Below are positions 8,579 to 17,796 of a stretch of DNA of 39,733 bases, piece after piece. The number at the start of each line of letters is the position of its first letter. Position 1 is the first letter of the stretch. The stretch is from a virus (lineage: Duplodnaviria; Caudoviricetes): positions 1 through 39,733 of IMG/VR virus record IMGVR_UViG_3300043174_000063; one strand, written 5' to 3'. The notes under the pieces are model-generated. The model had not been told where the DNA came from. It made no database searches and saw only the letters and a list, made by a program, of their open reading frames with translations. The position numbers and the translations under genes were made by a program.

Positions 8579-8965
8579 TTGTCGAAAGATCTTCACAGCA
8601 ACATCCTCCCGAAGCTCTCGATCTACCCGGCCTCGCTCGGCGCGGCCGCAAAGACGGGCGACGCCATCGTCGACCGTGCCGGTTACGAGAGCGTCACGGT
8701 CGTCTGCTTCAGCGGCGCGCTGACGGTGGATATGCCGTTCCAGCTGATGCACGGCGATGCCTCGAACCTCTCGGACGCCGCGGCCGTCCCCGACAGCGAT
8801 CTCATCGGCACCGAGCCGACGCTGGCGCAGGCCACGGACAACGAGATCAAGACCTTCGGGTACAAGGGCAACAAGCGGTACCTGCGGGTCGACACGACCA
8901 CGGGCACGGGGATCGCCGGCGCGGCGATCATCCTCGGCGCTCCGATCCACGCTCCGGCTCAATAG
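8579..8965 (+). CDS. Putative capsid decoration / head accessory protein
   Basis: Follows capsid gene, strong RBS, G..VD..GY and GY.G.KRYLRV motifs typical of post-capsid proteins. Confidence 0.6.
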   Translation: MSKDLHSNILPKLSIYPASLGAAAKTGDAIVDRAGYESVTVVCFSGALTVDMPFQLMHGDASNLSDAAAVPDSDLIGTEPTLAQATDNEIKTFGYKGNKRYLRVDTTTGTGIAGAAIILGAPIHAPAQ

Positions 8966-8995
8966 ATCGCCAGCACAACCTGAATGACACGCACC

Positions 8996-9027
8996 GGGGG
9001 GGGGCTGGAACCGGCCCCTCCCCCTCT
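8996..9027 (+). terminator. Hairpin, probable partial terminator after capsid genes
   Basis: GGGGGGGGGCTGG pairs with CCGGCCCCTCCCC, followed by a short TCTT. Confidence 0.45.
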
Positions 9028-9052
9028 TAAAAGCGGAGGAGGTGAGGCTAAA

Positions 9053-9310
9053 ATGACGACGGACATCAAGGCGCTCTCGAAGCGGCAGCAGCGCAAGGTC
9101 GAGCCGGTCAGGCACGAGCCTGCGCCCGCGCCCGGGCTCACGCGCGTACGTATGCGCGTCACGCGGGCCGGATCCGTCGACGGCATCCACACGACGTATT
9201 TCCAGGCCGGCCAGAGCTACCTGCTCATCAACGCGCTGGCGCGGCCGTGGCTCGAGAAAGGCTACGCCGAAGAGGACAAGATGCTCGACGGCGCGCCCGA
9301 GACGAAGTAG
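9053..9310 (+). CDS. Small hypothetical head-region protein
   Basis: ATG after GGAGGAGGTGAGG; ends LDGAPETK, a style of C-terminus common in small proteins before head-tail connectors. Confidence 0.55.
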   Translation: MTTDIKALSKRQQRKVEPVRHEPAPAPGLTRVRMRVTRAGSVDGIHTTYFQAGQSYLLINALARPWLEKGYAEEDKMLDGAPETK

Positions 9311-9319
9311 GAGGACGCT

Positions 9320-9895
9320 ATGGCACTCGGAGCGAATGCGCTGATCACGACAGACCCGGTCAAGGCGGCGCTCACGATTCAGAACGACCAGATGGATGCG
9401 ATCATCGAGCTGGTGATCACGGGCGTCTCCGAGGCCATCGCGCGCTACTGTGACCGGCCGCTGATCTCGGCCGCCTACACGGATCTGAAGCTCGACGGCA
9501 GCGGCCTCAATGCGCTTCAGCTGCCGGCGTGGCCGATCTCGGCGGAGCCGGCGACGATCACAGAGGACGACACGCTGACGCTGACAAAGGACGTGGACTA
9601 CTACGTCTATGCGGCAGACGGCCTGCTGCGCCGCGCGGATCCGGCCGCCATCTGGATGTTCGGCCTGAAGAACTACAAGCTGACCTACACGGGCGGCTAC
9701 AACCTGGCCTCCGTCCCCGGCGATCTTCAGCTGGCCGCGGTGATCCAGTCGTGCCACGAGTATCAGATCTTCCTCAACCGCTCCTGGGGCGTGCAATCAA
9801 AGTCCATCGGCGGCAGCTCGACCACCTACGAGCAGGCCGGCCTCCTCGAGCGGGTCAAGATGCTGATCGAGCCGTACCGGAGGAGAGGCGTTTGA
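9320..9895 (+). CDS. Head-tail connector (gp6/gp15-like)
   Basis: VKAAL, I..VSEAIARYCDR, L.LP.WPI, LTYTGGY..VPGDLQLA, LIEPYRR. Confidence 0.85.
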   Translation: MALGANALITTDPVKAALTIQNDQMDAIIELVITGVSEAIARYCDRPLISAAYTDLKLDGSGLNALQLPAWPISAEPATITEDDTLTLTKDVDYYVYAADGLLRRADPAAIWMFGLKNYKLTYTGGYNLASVPGDLQLAAVIQSCHEYQIFLNRSWGVQSKSIGGSSTTYEQAGLLERVKMLIEPYRRRGV

Positions 9896-10503
9896 ATCTG
9901 AAGATGTCGGTTGAGGTCACCGCCGAGGCGGCCGCGCAGCGCAAGACCACAAACAATCTGCCGGCTGCGGCCCGCTACGTTCTCCAGCGGTGGGCGGCAG
10001 AGACGGTGAAGGTGATCAAAGAAGGGCTGGCCGGCCGCTACCTCAACCGCGGCACAGGGCAGCTGGCGCGATCCGTTGACAAGGTCATCCGTCGCTCGGG
10101 CGAGGTCTCGGAGGCCACGATAGGGACAAACGTGCGTGGCAAGACGAACGACGTGCCGTACGCGAGGATCCAAGACGAGGGCGGGTGGATCGTGCCGCGG
10201 CGCGCCCGGGCGCTGACAATCCCCATCGGGGGGGAGAAGGGCAGGGCGCGCGATTATGCGAACCTCCAGGTGATAAAGACCGCCTCGGGGAAGGTGCTGC
10301 TCGTGGAGAAGGTGGGGCGATCCTGGAAGGTGCGCTTCCTGCTCGTGCGCTCGGTCAAGCTGCCGGCGACGAATTGGTTCTCCTACCCGTGGGCAGAGCA
10401 GCTCGGGGAGCTGCGCTACGCGACGTCGGCCGAATCGCTCTGGGCAACGGCTGCCGAGATGGCATATAAATCGAGTGCGCCGGCGGCGGCAGGAGGAGAG
10501 TAG
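9892..10503 (+). CDS. Neck / tail completion protein (HK97 gp10 or Mu G-like)
   Basis: RGTGQLARS, IGTNV...VPYARIQDEGG.I.P motifs; start TTG 9892 or ATG 9904. Confidence 0.75.
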   Translation: MNLKMSVEVTAEAAAQRKTTNNLPAAARYVLQRWAAETVKVIKEGLAGRYLNRGTGQLARSVDKVIRRSGEVSEATIGTNVRGKTNDVPYARIQDEGGWIVPRRARALTIPIGGEKGRARDYANLQVIKTASGKVLLVEKVGRSWKVRFLLVRSVKLPATNWFSYPWAEQLGELRYATSAESLWATAAEMAYKSSAPAAAGGE

Positions 10504-10506
10504 CAG

Positions 10507-10986
10507 ATGCCACCCACCGATAATCCGCTCCGCCTCCAGGTGATCGACCGAATCGTCGAGGTGCTGCGCGGCATCGTGGCCGGCGCGGACTATTTCTACA
10601 CGCCCTACGCGGTGGTCAAGCGGATGGCGCACCACTTGGACGCGCCGGGGTTTCCCTACTATATGGTCTACCCCGACGCCTCGGCCCGCGCTCCCGAGTA
10701 CGCAGGGCAGCAGCTTTACGACGAGCTGATGGTCGTGACCGTGAAGTGCTACGTGGATCTCGAGGGCGACGAGGCCGCGACGAAGCTCGAGAAGTGCCTC
10801 CGCGACGTGCGGAAGGCAATAATGGCCGATCAGGTCAGCGGCGGGGCCGGATCCCTGGCAACGCTGACGCTGGCGGCGGACGTCGACATTCTTGAAACCG
10901 ACGGCGGGTTGCTGGCGCTCGAGGGGCGCGGCTACTTCGACCAGCGGTTCATATTCCGGATTACTGGCCAATGGGGTCAGCTGTAA
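10507..10986 (+). CDS. Putative tail terminator protein
   Basis: Size (159 aa), position, and N-terminal R.Q.I..I...L..I pattern. Confidence 0.6.
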   Translation: MPPTDNPLRLQVIDRIVEVLRGIVAGADYFYTPYAVVKRMAHHLDAPGFPYYMVYPDASARAPEYAGQQLYDELMVVTVKCYVDLEGDEAATKLEKCLRDVRKAIMADQVSGGAGSLATLTLAADVDILETDGGLLALEGRGYFDQRFIFRITGQWGQL

Positions 10987-10996
10987 GGAGGATGAG

Positions 10997-11179
10997 ATGG
11001 CCGATCAGAAATTCACGTGGCTGCTCGACGACTGCTACGACGGCTACCTGAACAAGCTCGAGAAGGGGAAGATCTATGACGCGCGGATCGTTCCCCCCCA
11101 CGTCCTCGAGGAGTGGGTCAGGACGGGCGCGGCGCAGATCGTGCAGGCCGGCAAGAAGAAGGCCGGCGAGGAGGAATAA
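10997..11179 (+). CDS. Small hypothetical protein (60 aa)
   Basis: ATG after AAGGAGG; fills the gap between flanking genes. Confidence 0.6.
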   Translation: MADQKFTWLLDDCYDGYLNKLEKGKIYDARIVPPHVLEEWVRTGAAQIVQAGKKKAGEEE

Positions 11180-11180
11180 A

Positions 11181-11804
11181 ATGGGACTCGCAGACTTCAC
11201 CGTTCACGAGCTGCTCGACCACCTTTTCGGTAAGGGCAGCTACACGCCGCCGACGAGCTTCCTGGCTCTCTCGACGACGAAGCCGACCGACGCCGGCGGC
11301 AACCTGACCGAGCCGTCGGGCAACAACTACTCGCGCAAGACGACGGCCGCGGGCGATTGGAACGTCGCCGCGACGCGCAAGATCACAAACGCCAATGCGC
11401 TGGCCTTCAACGAGGCGAGCGGATCCTGGGGCACGCTGACCCACTTCGCGATCTGCGACAGCGGCACCACGGGCGGCGGCAACGTCCTGGCCTGGGGCCG
11501 GCTCGGCAAGGCGTACAGCACGCTCAACGAAGAGCTGACGGCCATCGACACGACGATCACCGTGGCCGACGGGACGAGCTACCCGGCCAGCGGGACGGTT
11601 CAGATCGAGTCGGAGGACATCACCTACACCGGCAAGAGCACAAACGATCTGACCGGCTGCACGCGCGGCGCAAACAGCACCACGGCGCACGCGCACGCGC
11701 TCGGGAAGGACGTCTTCCTGGTCGTCTCGAAGGCTATCGCTTCGGGGGACACGCCGCAGTTCGCGGCCGGCGATCTCGAGACCAAAGTCCGCGCCTCCGA
11801 ATAA
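11181..11804 (+). CDS. Virion structural protein with an inserted beta-rich module
   Basis: LLDHLF...FLALST..P...G..Y.R...WGTLTHFAI.D...GGNVL..G.L...K.I.SGD.PQF.AG.L frame interrupted by a TLNEELTAIDTTITV...GCTRGANSTTAHAH module. Confidence 0.7.
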   Translation: MGLADFTVHELLDHLFGKGSYTPPTSFLALSTTKPTDAGGNLTEPSGNNYSRKTTAAGDWNVAATRKITNANALAFNEASGSWGTLTHFAICDSGTTGGGNVLAWGRLGKAYSTLNEELTAIDTTITVADGTSYPASGTVQIESEDITYTGKSTNDLTGCTRGANSTTAHAHALGKDVFLVVSKAIASGDTPQFAAGDLETKVRASE

Positions 11805-11828
11805 TAGGCGCGGGCGGCAGGAGGCGAG

Positions 11829-13439
11829 ATGGCGGCGACATTCTTCGGCTACGCCATTAATCCGACGACGGATGATGGGACGAACACCGCGGATCCGACC
11901 GCCGTCACGCCTCCTGGCTCTATGGCCGCAGGCGACCTCGTAATCCTCTGGGCGACCTGCCGCACCGCCTCGGCGACCCTTGCCATCTCGGCGGCGGGCG
12001 GGCAGACCTGGAACAGCGAGGACAGCGCCACCTCAACGAACATCACGAGCCGGCTTTTCTGGTGCCGGTACAACGGGACCTGGAGCGCGAACCCGAGCGT
12101 CAGCTTCGGCGCGACGACGTGCAATAGCGTCTCGATGCTGGTCTTCCGGCCGACGACGGGGACGAATCTCTGGGCGCTTGACCAGGGCGAATCGGTCAAC
12201 TCGTATGCGGCCCCGGGATCTCCCTACACGGTCACCATCACCGGGCAGACCACCACCCACATCAGCGTCGCCGTGGCGCTTTGGTCGTCGACCGACAACA
12301 ACACCTGGGGCACGCTCAGCGGCACCGGCTGGGTCAAGACCTCGCTGCCGGCGCAGAACAGAAACTCGTCGGGGCAGGACACCTCGCAGACCTGGGCGTA
12401 TCAGATCCAAACCAGCTCCGGCGCGACAAACAACGTCAGCCAGAACCAGGCGACCCTGGGAGGCGACCTGGGCATCGCAGCAATCGCGTGCTTCTACGAA
12501 TACGGGGTCACCTATGTCCCGATGATCGGGCAGGCCGTAAACGACCAAGTTGCGCCGGCGATCTCGAAGGCTACACGGAAGGTCAGCGGGCAGGCCGTGA
12601 ACGATCAGGTCGCCGCCGGCCTCGCGAAGGCCACGCGCCGGCTGCTCGGGCAGGCCGTGAACGATCAATACTCGGTGGCGCTGGCGCGCGCCACGCGCCG
12701 CCTGTGGGGTCAGGCGATCAACGACCAGACGGCAAGCGGGCGGCCCGGGAATCTCGTGCGTCTCTACGGATCCGCGCCGGCGGAAGCGACGGCCGCGGCG
12801 CTCTTGAAGACCACTCGCACGGTGGCGCTGACTGGAGCGAGCGTGGCGGAGGCCACCTCCGTGGCGCTCGCGCGCGCGACGATGCGGATCTCCGGCTCGG
12901 CCGTGGCCGATGCCGTGGCTGGCGGGCAGCCGAAGGCCACGCGCAGACTGATGGGCGCAGCCGCGGCCGATCAGGTCGCCGGCTCGTTGCTCAAGGCCAC
13001 GCAGCTTCTCTACGGCCTCTCGTCGACCGATGCCGTGGCCGACGCACAGCTGACGATCACGGTGCCGCAGTACGTCGCCATTATCGGCAGCTCCGACTCG
13101 GGGCAGACCGCGGCAGGCCTCCTCAAGGCCACCAGGCGGCTCACTGGCGCGGCCGTTGCCGATGCCTCGGCCGCTGGGATTGCGAAGATGACATCGCAGC
13201 TGTACGGCGCGAGTACAGCGGAGGCGGTCTCGGCCGGCCGGATCTCGGCAACGATCCGGCTCGAGGGCAGCAGCTCCTCCGAGGCCGTCGCGGCCGGCGC
13301 ATTCGCCGAAGGGGTCGAGCCTCCTTATTGGGTCGTTGACGTGGATCCGCGCGAGCGGATCATCTTCGCACGCACACGCACACGCATCGTGGACGCGGAT
13401 CCTCGCGAGCGGTTCGTGGATCGTGACTGGAGGGTATAA
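11829..13439 (+). CDS. Putative neck/collar fibre protein with 20-aa repeats
   Basis: Thr/Ser-rich beta-type N-terminal domain, then GQAVNDQ repeats; RBS GGAGG. Confidence 0.65.
   Translation: MAATFFGYAINPTTDDGTNTADPTAVTPPGSMAAGDLVILWATCRTASATLAISAAGGQTWNSEDSATSTNITSRLFWCRYNGTWSANPSVSFGATTCNSVSMLVFRPTTGTNLWALDQGESVNSYAAPGSPYTVTITGQTTTHISVAVALWSSTDNNTWGTLSGTGWVKTSLPAQNRNSSGQDTSQTWAYQIQTSSGATNNVSQNQATLGGDLGIAAIACFYEYGVTYVPMIGQAVNDQVAPAISKATRKVSGQAVNDQVAAGLAKATRRLLGQAVNDQYSVALARATRRLWGQAINDQTASGRPGNLVRLYGSAPAEATAAALLKTTRTVALTGASVAEATSVALARATMRISGSAVADAVAGGQPKATRRLMGAAAADQVAGSLLKATQLLYGLSSTDAVADAQLTITVPQYVAIIGSSDSGQTAAGLLKATRRLTGAAVADASAAGIAKMTSQLYGASTAEAVSAGRISATIRLEGSSSSEAVAAGAFAEGVEPPYWVVDVDPRERIIFARTRTRIVDADPRERFVDRDWRV
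12528..12767 (+). repeat. 60-nt tandem coding repeat (four clear copies, degenerating further downstream)
   Basis: GGG/GGT CAG GCC/GCG GTR/ATC AAC GAY CAR at 12528, 12588, 12648, 12708. Confidence 0.85.
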
Positions 13440-13720
13440 TGGCGCGGGCGACTGGCATCATCGAGAAGAAAACCGACGAGAGCTACCCCATCGGATTCCG
13501 CTACCGCGACCCCGATCTCCCGTTGGGGGTGACGATCACCGGCGTCGTGGCGACGGGATCGCCGGCCGGCCTGACCGTGGGAGCCGGTCAGTATTTGGGC
13601 GACACGGTCTATGCGAACGTCTCGGGCGGCACCGTCGGATCCGACTACACGGTGCACTTCAAGACCACGCTGAGCGACGGTAAGATCTTGAGCGACGATT
13701 TCGTCGTCAAAGTACGCTAA
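13439..13720 (+). CDS. Small fibre adaptor-like structural protein
   Basis: K...E.Y...F, VSGGTVG.DY.V....T.SDG......F.VKV pattern; TAATG overlap with previous gene. Confidence 0.6.
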   Translation: MARATGIIEKKTDESYPIGFRYRDPDLPLGVTITGVVATGSPAGLTVGAGQYLGDTVYANVSGGTVGSDYTVHFKTTLSDGKILSDDFVVKVR

Positions 13721-13736
13721 TTTTTAGGAGGTACGT

Positions 13737-14792
13737 ATGCCTACACCCACCGGGCCGGAAAGAAAACTTCTGGCGGCGGGCGCGAAGAAGGGAGCCACCT
13801 GGGGGACGGCGGTCGCCCTCGGGGCCGGCTTCGGCGTGAACATCAAAGCTCACACCGGCTTCAACCGCGTCCAGGAACTGCTGAGAGCCGAGGAGATCGA
13901 CGCTCCTCTGCCCTTCAGCGCGGCGCTCGACAACGTCAAAGAGGTCGAGCCGCTGCTGACGACCGACTTTCTCTATGACCCGGGCTCGCTCGGGTCGCTG
14001 ATCGCCGGCCTCTTCGGCACCGCCGGCGCGCCCACGCAGCAGGGCGGCACCACCGCCTACAAGCACACGCTCCAGTGGGCGGACACGAACTGGGGTCTGT
14101 TCTTCACCTTCGCCTCGGAGATGCCCGGGAAGATCTGGGAGTGCGCCTCGGCCAAGCCGACCGACTGGACTCTCAAGAGCACCGGCGGCGGCATCATCCA
14201 GTCGGAGCTGAAGCTGCGCGGCAACATCATCATCGACAGCTCGGCCGTCAACACGGCCACGCAGATGGACGCGCTGACCTACAACGACCGCGACAACCGG
14301 GTCCTCTTCCGGCAGCAGGTCGTCAAGATGAACGCGCAGTCGGCCGGGGACGTCACCGGGTCCACGGCGCTCAACTGCACGAACGTCGAGATCAGCTTCA
14401 AGCGGCAAGGCTACGACTCGCTCCATCCGGCCGGACAGTACGACATCGTCGAGCCGGCCGAGGGCGGCTACCCGGAGATCCGCGTCAAGCTGCTCTTCCC
14501 CCGCTTCGACTCGGTCAACGCGGCCTTCTTCGCGACGGCCATCGCGGAGACCACCCAGAAGATGCTGATCGCCTTCACGTCGGCCGTCGAGGCCGGGGCC
14601 GGCTACCCCTACTCGCTGAAGCTCTTCTTCCCCCGGCTGCGGATGCTCGTGCCCGAGGCCTCCTTCGAGGAGATCGTCAAGAACGGGCTGGAGCTGATCG
14701 CCGAGACCGCTTCGGCCGCGCCGACGGGGATGAGCTACACGCGCCCGTACGCGGAGCTTATCAACAAGCGCACCACGGACTACCTCTCATAG
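13737..14792 (+). CDS. Major tail tube protein
   Basis: Strong RBS, 351 aa, TTAYKHT and beta-rich tube-like sequence; precedes chaperones and tape measure. Confidence 0.78.
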   Translation: MPTPTGPERKLLAAGAKKGATWGTAVALGAGFGVNIKAHTGFNRVQELLRAEEIDAPLPFSAALDNVKEVEPLLTTDFLYDPGSLGSLIAGLFGTAGAPTQQGGTTAYKHTLQWADTNWGLFFTFASEMPGKIWECASAKPTDWTLKSTGGGIIQSELKLRGNIIIDSSAVNTATQMDALTYNDRDNRVLFRQQVVKMNAQSAGDVTGSTALNCTNVEISFKRQGYDSLHPAGQYDIVEPAEGGYPEIRVKLLFPRFDSVNAAFFATAIAETTQKMLIAFTSAVEAGAGYPYSLKLFFPRLRMLVPEASFEEIVKNGLELIAETASAAPTGMSYTRPYAELINKRTTDYLS

Positions 14793-14802
14793 GCGGGCAG
14801 CT

Positions 14803-15174
14803 ATGAGCGAGGTAAGATATAAGCCGATGGAGCCGCTCTCGGGGTGGATCGACTATCCGCTCGAGAGCACAATGCTCGACCCTCCGCTGCTGCGGCTGCG
14901 GCTGCGCCCGATAGACACGTACGACGTGACCGACAACTCGTTCACGGACGGCGAGCTGCGGGCCGGCCGCGCTATCGTTCAAACGGCCGTGCAGGCGGTG
15001 GCCGAGTGGGACCTGGTCGAGGGCGGGAAGCCGATCCCGGTGACCGAGGAGACGAAGCTCGCCTTCCTGCGGCCGATCCTCGGAGAGCCGCTTCTCGGAT
15101 CCGAGGGGAAGCTGCTGCTCGGTATCAAGATCGTCCGCGATGCGAGGAACCGGGAGAACTTCTTAAAAAACTGA
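14803..15174 (+). CDS. Tail assembly chaperone (lambda G-like)
   Basis: AEWDLVEGGKPIPVTEE motif, ends ENFLKN; between tube and tape measure genes. Confidence 0.8.
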   Translation: MSEVRYKPMEPLSGWIDYPLESTMLDPPLLRLRLRPIDTYDVTDNSFTDGELRAGRAIVQTAVQAVAEWDLVEGGKPIPVTEETKLAFLRPILGEPLLGSEGKLLLGIKIVRDARNRENFLKN

Positions 15175-15476
15175 TCGGGTTCCTCGCTTGGCTCGCCGAC
15201 TGGGGTCGGGTATGCGACTGGGAGGCGCTGGGCGAGGGACAGACCCCGGCGCAGAATCCTCCGCCGCTGGAGGACGATGAGAAGATGGCCTGGAAATTCT
15301 ATAATGAAAACGCGACGCCGTTCGCCCGGGACTTCGGATTGATGCCGCGCGCTATTGCCGGCACGAGGCTCGAGGGTGTAGGCCTCACGGTATTCCAGCA
15401 ACGGCTCTCGCTGATCCACGACACGGTTCTTCTCATCCAAGCGCGCGGGGAGAAGGGAGGCGGCTCCGATGGCTGA
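15165..15476 (+). CDS. -1 frameshift extension of tail chaperone (GT-like)
   Basis: Slippery heptamer A AAA AAC at 15165-15171 just before the stop; -1 frame open to 15476, abutting the tape measure start. Confidence 0.8.
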   Translation, partial: KKLIGFLAWLADWGRVCDWEALGEGQTPAQNPPPLEDDEKMAWKFYNENATPFARDFGLMPRAIAGTRLEGVGLTVFQQRLSLIHDTVLLIQARGEKGGGSDG

Positions 15477-17796
15477 AATCCGCTACACCGTAACGGTCGA
15501 CTCCACCGGGGCCGTCACCTCGATCCAGCGCCTCGACGATGCGTTCAAGAAAGAGGAGCAAACGATGAAGGGAGCCGGTCAGTCGACCAGCTCTCTGTCG
15601 CGCGCATTCTCCGGCCTCTGGAAAGATATGGCAGTCGGCACGCTCGTGGCCGACGGGATCCGATCCGGCCTCCACGCACTCAAACAGACACTCACCGACA
15701 CGATAGGCGAGGCGATGAAGCAGGAGCAGGCCGACTCGCGGCTGCGCGCCTCGCTCGAGCTGACCGGCCGCACCGTCGCCGGCAATCTGAAGCACTACAA
15801 AGACTTCGCCTCCGCGCAGCAGCAGGTCACAATCTACGCCGACGACGAGATCCAGGCCGTCCAGACGCTGCTGCTCCAGATGACTCGGCTGAATCAGGAG
15901 GGCATCGACAAGGCGACGAAGGGCGCGATGGGGCTCGCCTCGGTGCTCGGAATGGATCTTCAGTCGGCGGCGCTGATGGTCTCGAAGGCGATGGAGGGCA
16001 ACTATCAGGCGCTCCAGCGGGTCGGGATCTACATCGACGCGACCCTGCCGGCCGAAGAGGCGCAGGCGCAGTTGCTCGAAAAGCTCGGCACGCTCTACGG
16101 GCGCGCCACGGCGGAGGCCGGGACGTTCTCCGGGATGCTCAAGACGCTGAAGAATGCGTGGGGAGATGCCCAGGAGGAGATCGGCAACGCGCTGGTTCAG
16201 AACGACGACGTCAAGAAGGCCATCACAGACATTCGGGAGCTGATCCGCGAGGTGACGCCGGAGATCAAGGACTGGCTGGCCGGCCTCGTGACCTTTATCG
16301 GCACAATCGCGAAGGTCGGCGCGGCCTTCCTCAAGGCATTCAAAGAGCTGCGCGAGGAGGTCGGCGGCCACCAGGGAGCCGTCGACGAGGCGACGAAGGC
16401 GTGGACGAAGTTTATGATGACGATGGGCGGCTTCACGCCGGCCGTGGATCGGATCACCGGCTTCCTGAAAGCTTCGAATCAGTACTCGGCCGAGTGGATA
16501 AAGAAGGGCGATGAGCTGCGCGACAAGCTCTGGGACAGCTTCAACGAGATCGGGGAGCGCGCCACCTACGTGGCCGTGGCCGTGGGGAAATTCGGGCCGG
16601 AGGCGAAGAAGGCGCTCGAGGTCGTCGGCGGGGAGGCGCTCAAGGTGGCGCTCTCCTTCGAAGATGTCGGGCAGAAGGTCGTGGAGACCGGCAACCAGGG
16701 GGCGCGGGCAACAAAGCTCTCGAGCGAGCAGATCAAGGCGATGGCCGAGCGCACGAATCGGCTCAACGAGGAGCTGCGGCAGTGGCGCAACTTCAACGGG
16801 GAGATCGCCACCACGCTGCCCGAAGACAAGACGAAATCGTTCGCCCAGGCCGTCTACGGGGCGCTTGCGCCGCTGGTCACGTTCAGCGAGATAGACGCCG
16901 AGGTCGCGGCCGGCTTCGAGCAGATCCGCGAGGCAGCGCGCAAGGCCGCCGAAGAGCTGCGCGGAATGACGCGCACCGACCTCAAGAAGGATCTGCGCGA
17001 CAAAGAGAAGCAGCTGAAGGAGATGGCCGCGAGCGGCGACTACACGGGCGAGCGGGTGCGCAAGCTGAAGGAGGAGATCGCGGCGCTGAAGGCCGAGCTG
17101 GCCGAGCCGGAATGGCTGACCGAGTGGCGCGCGAACCTCGACAACTTCCTCGTCTATTCGCAGGCAGCTTTCGCCGGCTTCAATGCGATCTTCTCGCAGG
17201 CGCAGAAGAACAAGGAAATCGAGATCGAGAACGAGTACAAGAAGCGCCTCGACCTCATCAACGCCACCTACACGAACGAGGAGGAGCGGCAGAAGGCCAT
17301 CACGTCGCTCGAGGCAGAGTTTCAGATCAAGAGGACGTCGGCAAAGCGGGCCGCGGCGAAGCAGCAGAAGGCGATTGCGCTGATGGAGGCAGTCGTCAAC
17401 ACGGCCTCGGCCGTTACAGAGGCGCTGCCGAACATCTTCCTCGCGGCGCTCGTGGGCGCGATGGGTGCGGTCCAGATTGCGCTGATCGCGCGGCAGCCGA
17501 TTCCACTCGCCCGGGGCGCGGTCTTCGACAAACCGACGCGCTTCACGACCGAGGAGGGGCGCAGCTACGTGGCCGGCGAGGCCGGATCCGAATTGCTGGT
17601 GCCGGACGCAAAGCTCCGCTCCATCATCAGCGACGAGCTGAAGAAGCGAGGATCCGGCGGCGGCGGGCCGCGCACGATCATCTTGACGCTGAACGGCAAG
17701 AGGGTGGCCGAGGCGATGCTGCCCGACCTCAAGGCGCTCAGCGGACAGGGGAAATTCACGCAGGACATCATCGGGCTCGTAAGGAGTGAGACGTGA
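15469..17796 (+). CDS. Tape measure protein
   Basis: 775 aa, helical Ala/Glu/Lys-rich; TFSG.LKTLKNAWGD..EEIG, QIALIARQP.PLARGA and VAGEAGSE motifs. Confidence 0.92.
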   Translation: MAEIRYTVTVDSTGAVTSIQRLDDAFKKEEQTMKGAGQSTSSLSRAFSGLWKDMAVGTLVADGIRSGLHALKQTLTDTIGEAMKQEQADSRLRASLELTGRTVAGNLKHYKDFASAQQQVTIYADDEIQAVQTLLLQMTRLNQEGIDKATKGAMGLASVLGMDLQSAALMVSKAMEGNYQALQRVGIYIDATLPAEEAQAQLLEKLGTLYGRATAEAGTFSGMLKTLKNAWGDAQEEIGNALVQNDDVKKAITDIRELIREVTPEIKDWLAGLVTFIGTIAKVGAAFLKAFKELREEVGGHQGAVDEATKAWTKFMMTMGGFTPAVDRITGFLKASNQYSAEWIKKGDELRDKLWDSFNEIGERATYVAVAVGKFGPEAKKALEVVGGEALKVALSFEDVGQKVVETGNQGARATKLSSEQIKAMAERTNRLNEELRQWRNFNGEIATTLPEDKTKSFAQAVYGALAPLVTFSEIDAEVAAGFEQIREAARKAAEELRGMTRTDLKKDLRDKEKQLKEMAASGDYTGERVRKLKEEIAALKAELAEPEWLTEWRANLDNFLVYSQAAFAGFNAIFSQAQKNKEIEIENEYKKRLDLINATYTNEEERQKAITSLEAEFQIKRTSAKRAAAKQQKAIALMEAVVNTASAVTEALPNIFLAALVGAMGAVQIALIARQPIPLARGAVFDKPTRFTTEEGRSYVAGEAGSELLVPDAKLRSIISDELKKRGSGGGGPRTIILTLNGKRVAEAMLPDLKALSGQGKFTQDIIGLVRSET

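Noticed and set aside
8984-9052. Upstream start for the 9053 gene
   Set aside because: Runs through the G/C hairpin; a strong RBS precedes ATG 9053
7121-9796. 891-aa minus-strand ORF and other long antisense ORFs (e.g. 4787-6322, 18779-20425, 24807-26786, 33749-35296)
   Set aside because: Shadow frames of well-supported + strand genes in GC-rich DNA; no motifs or RBS
12528-12767. CRISPR-like periodic repeat
   Set aside because: In-frame 60-nt coding repeat with synonymous variation; no unique spacers or cas genes
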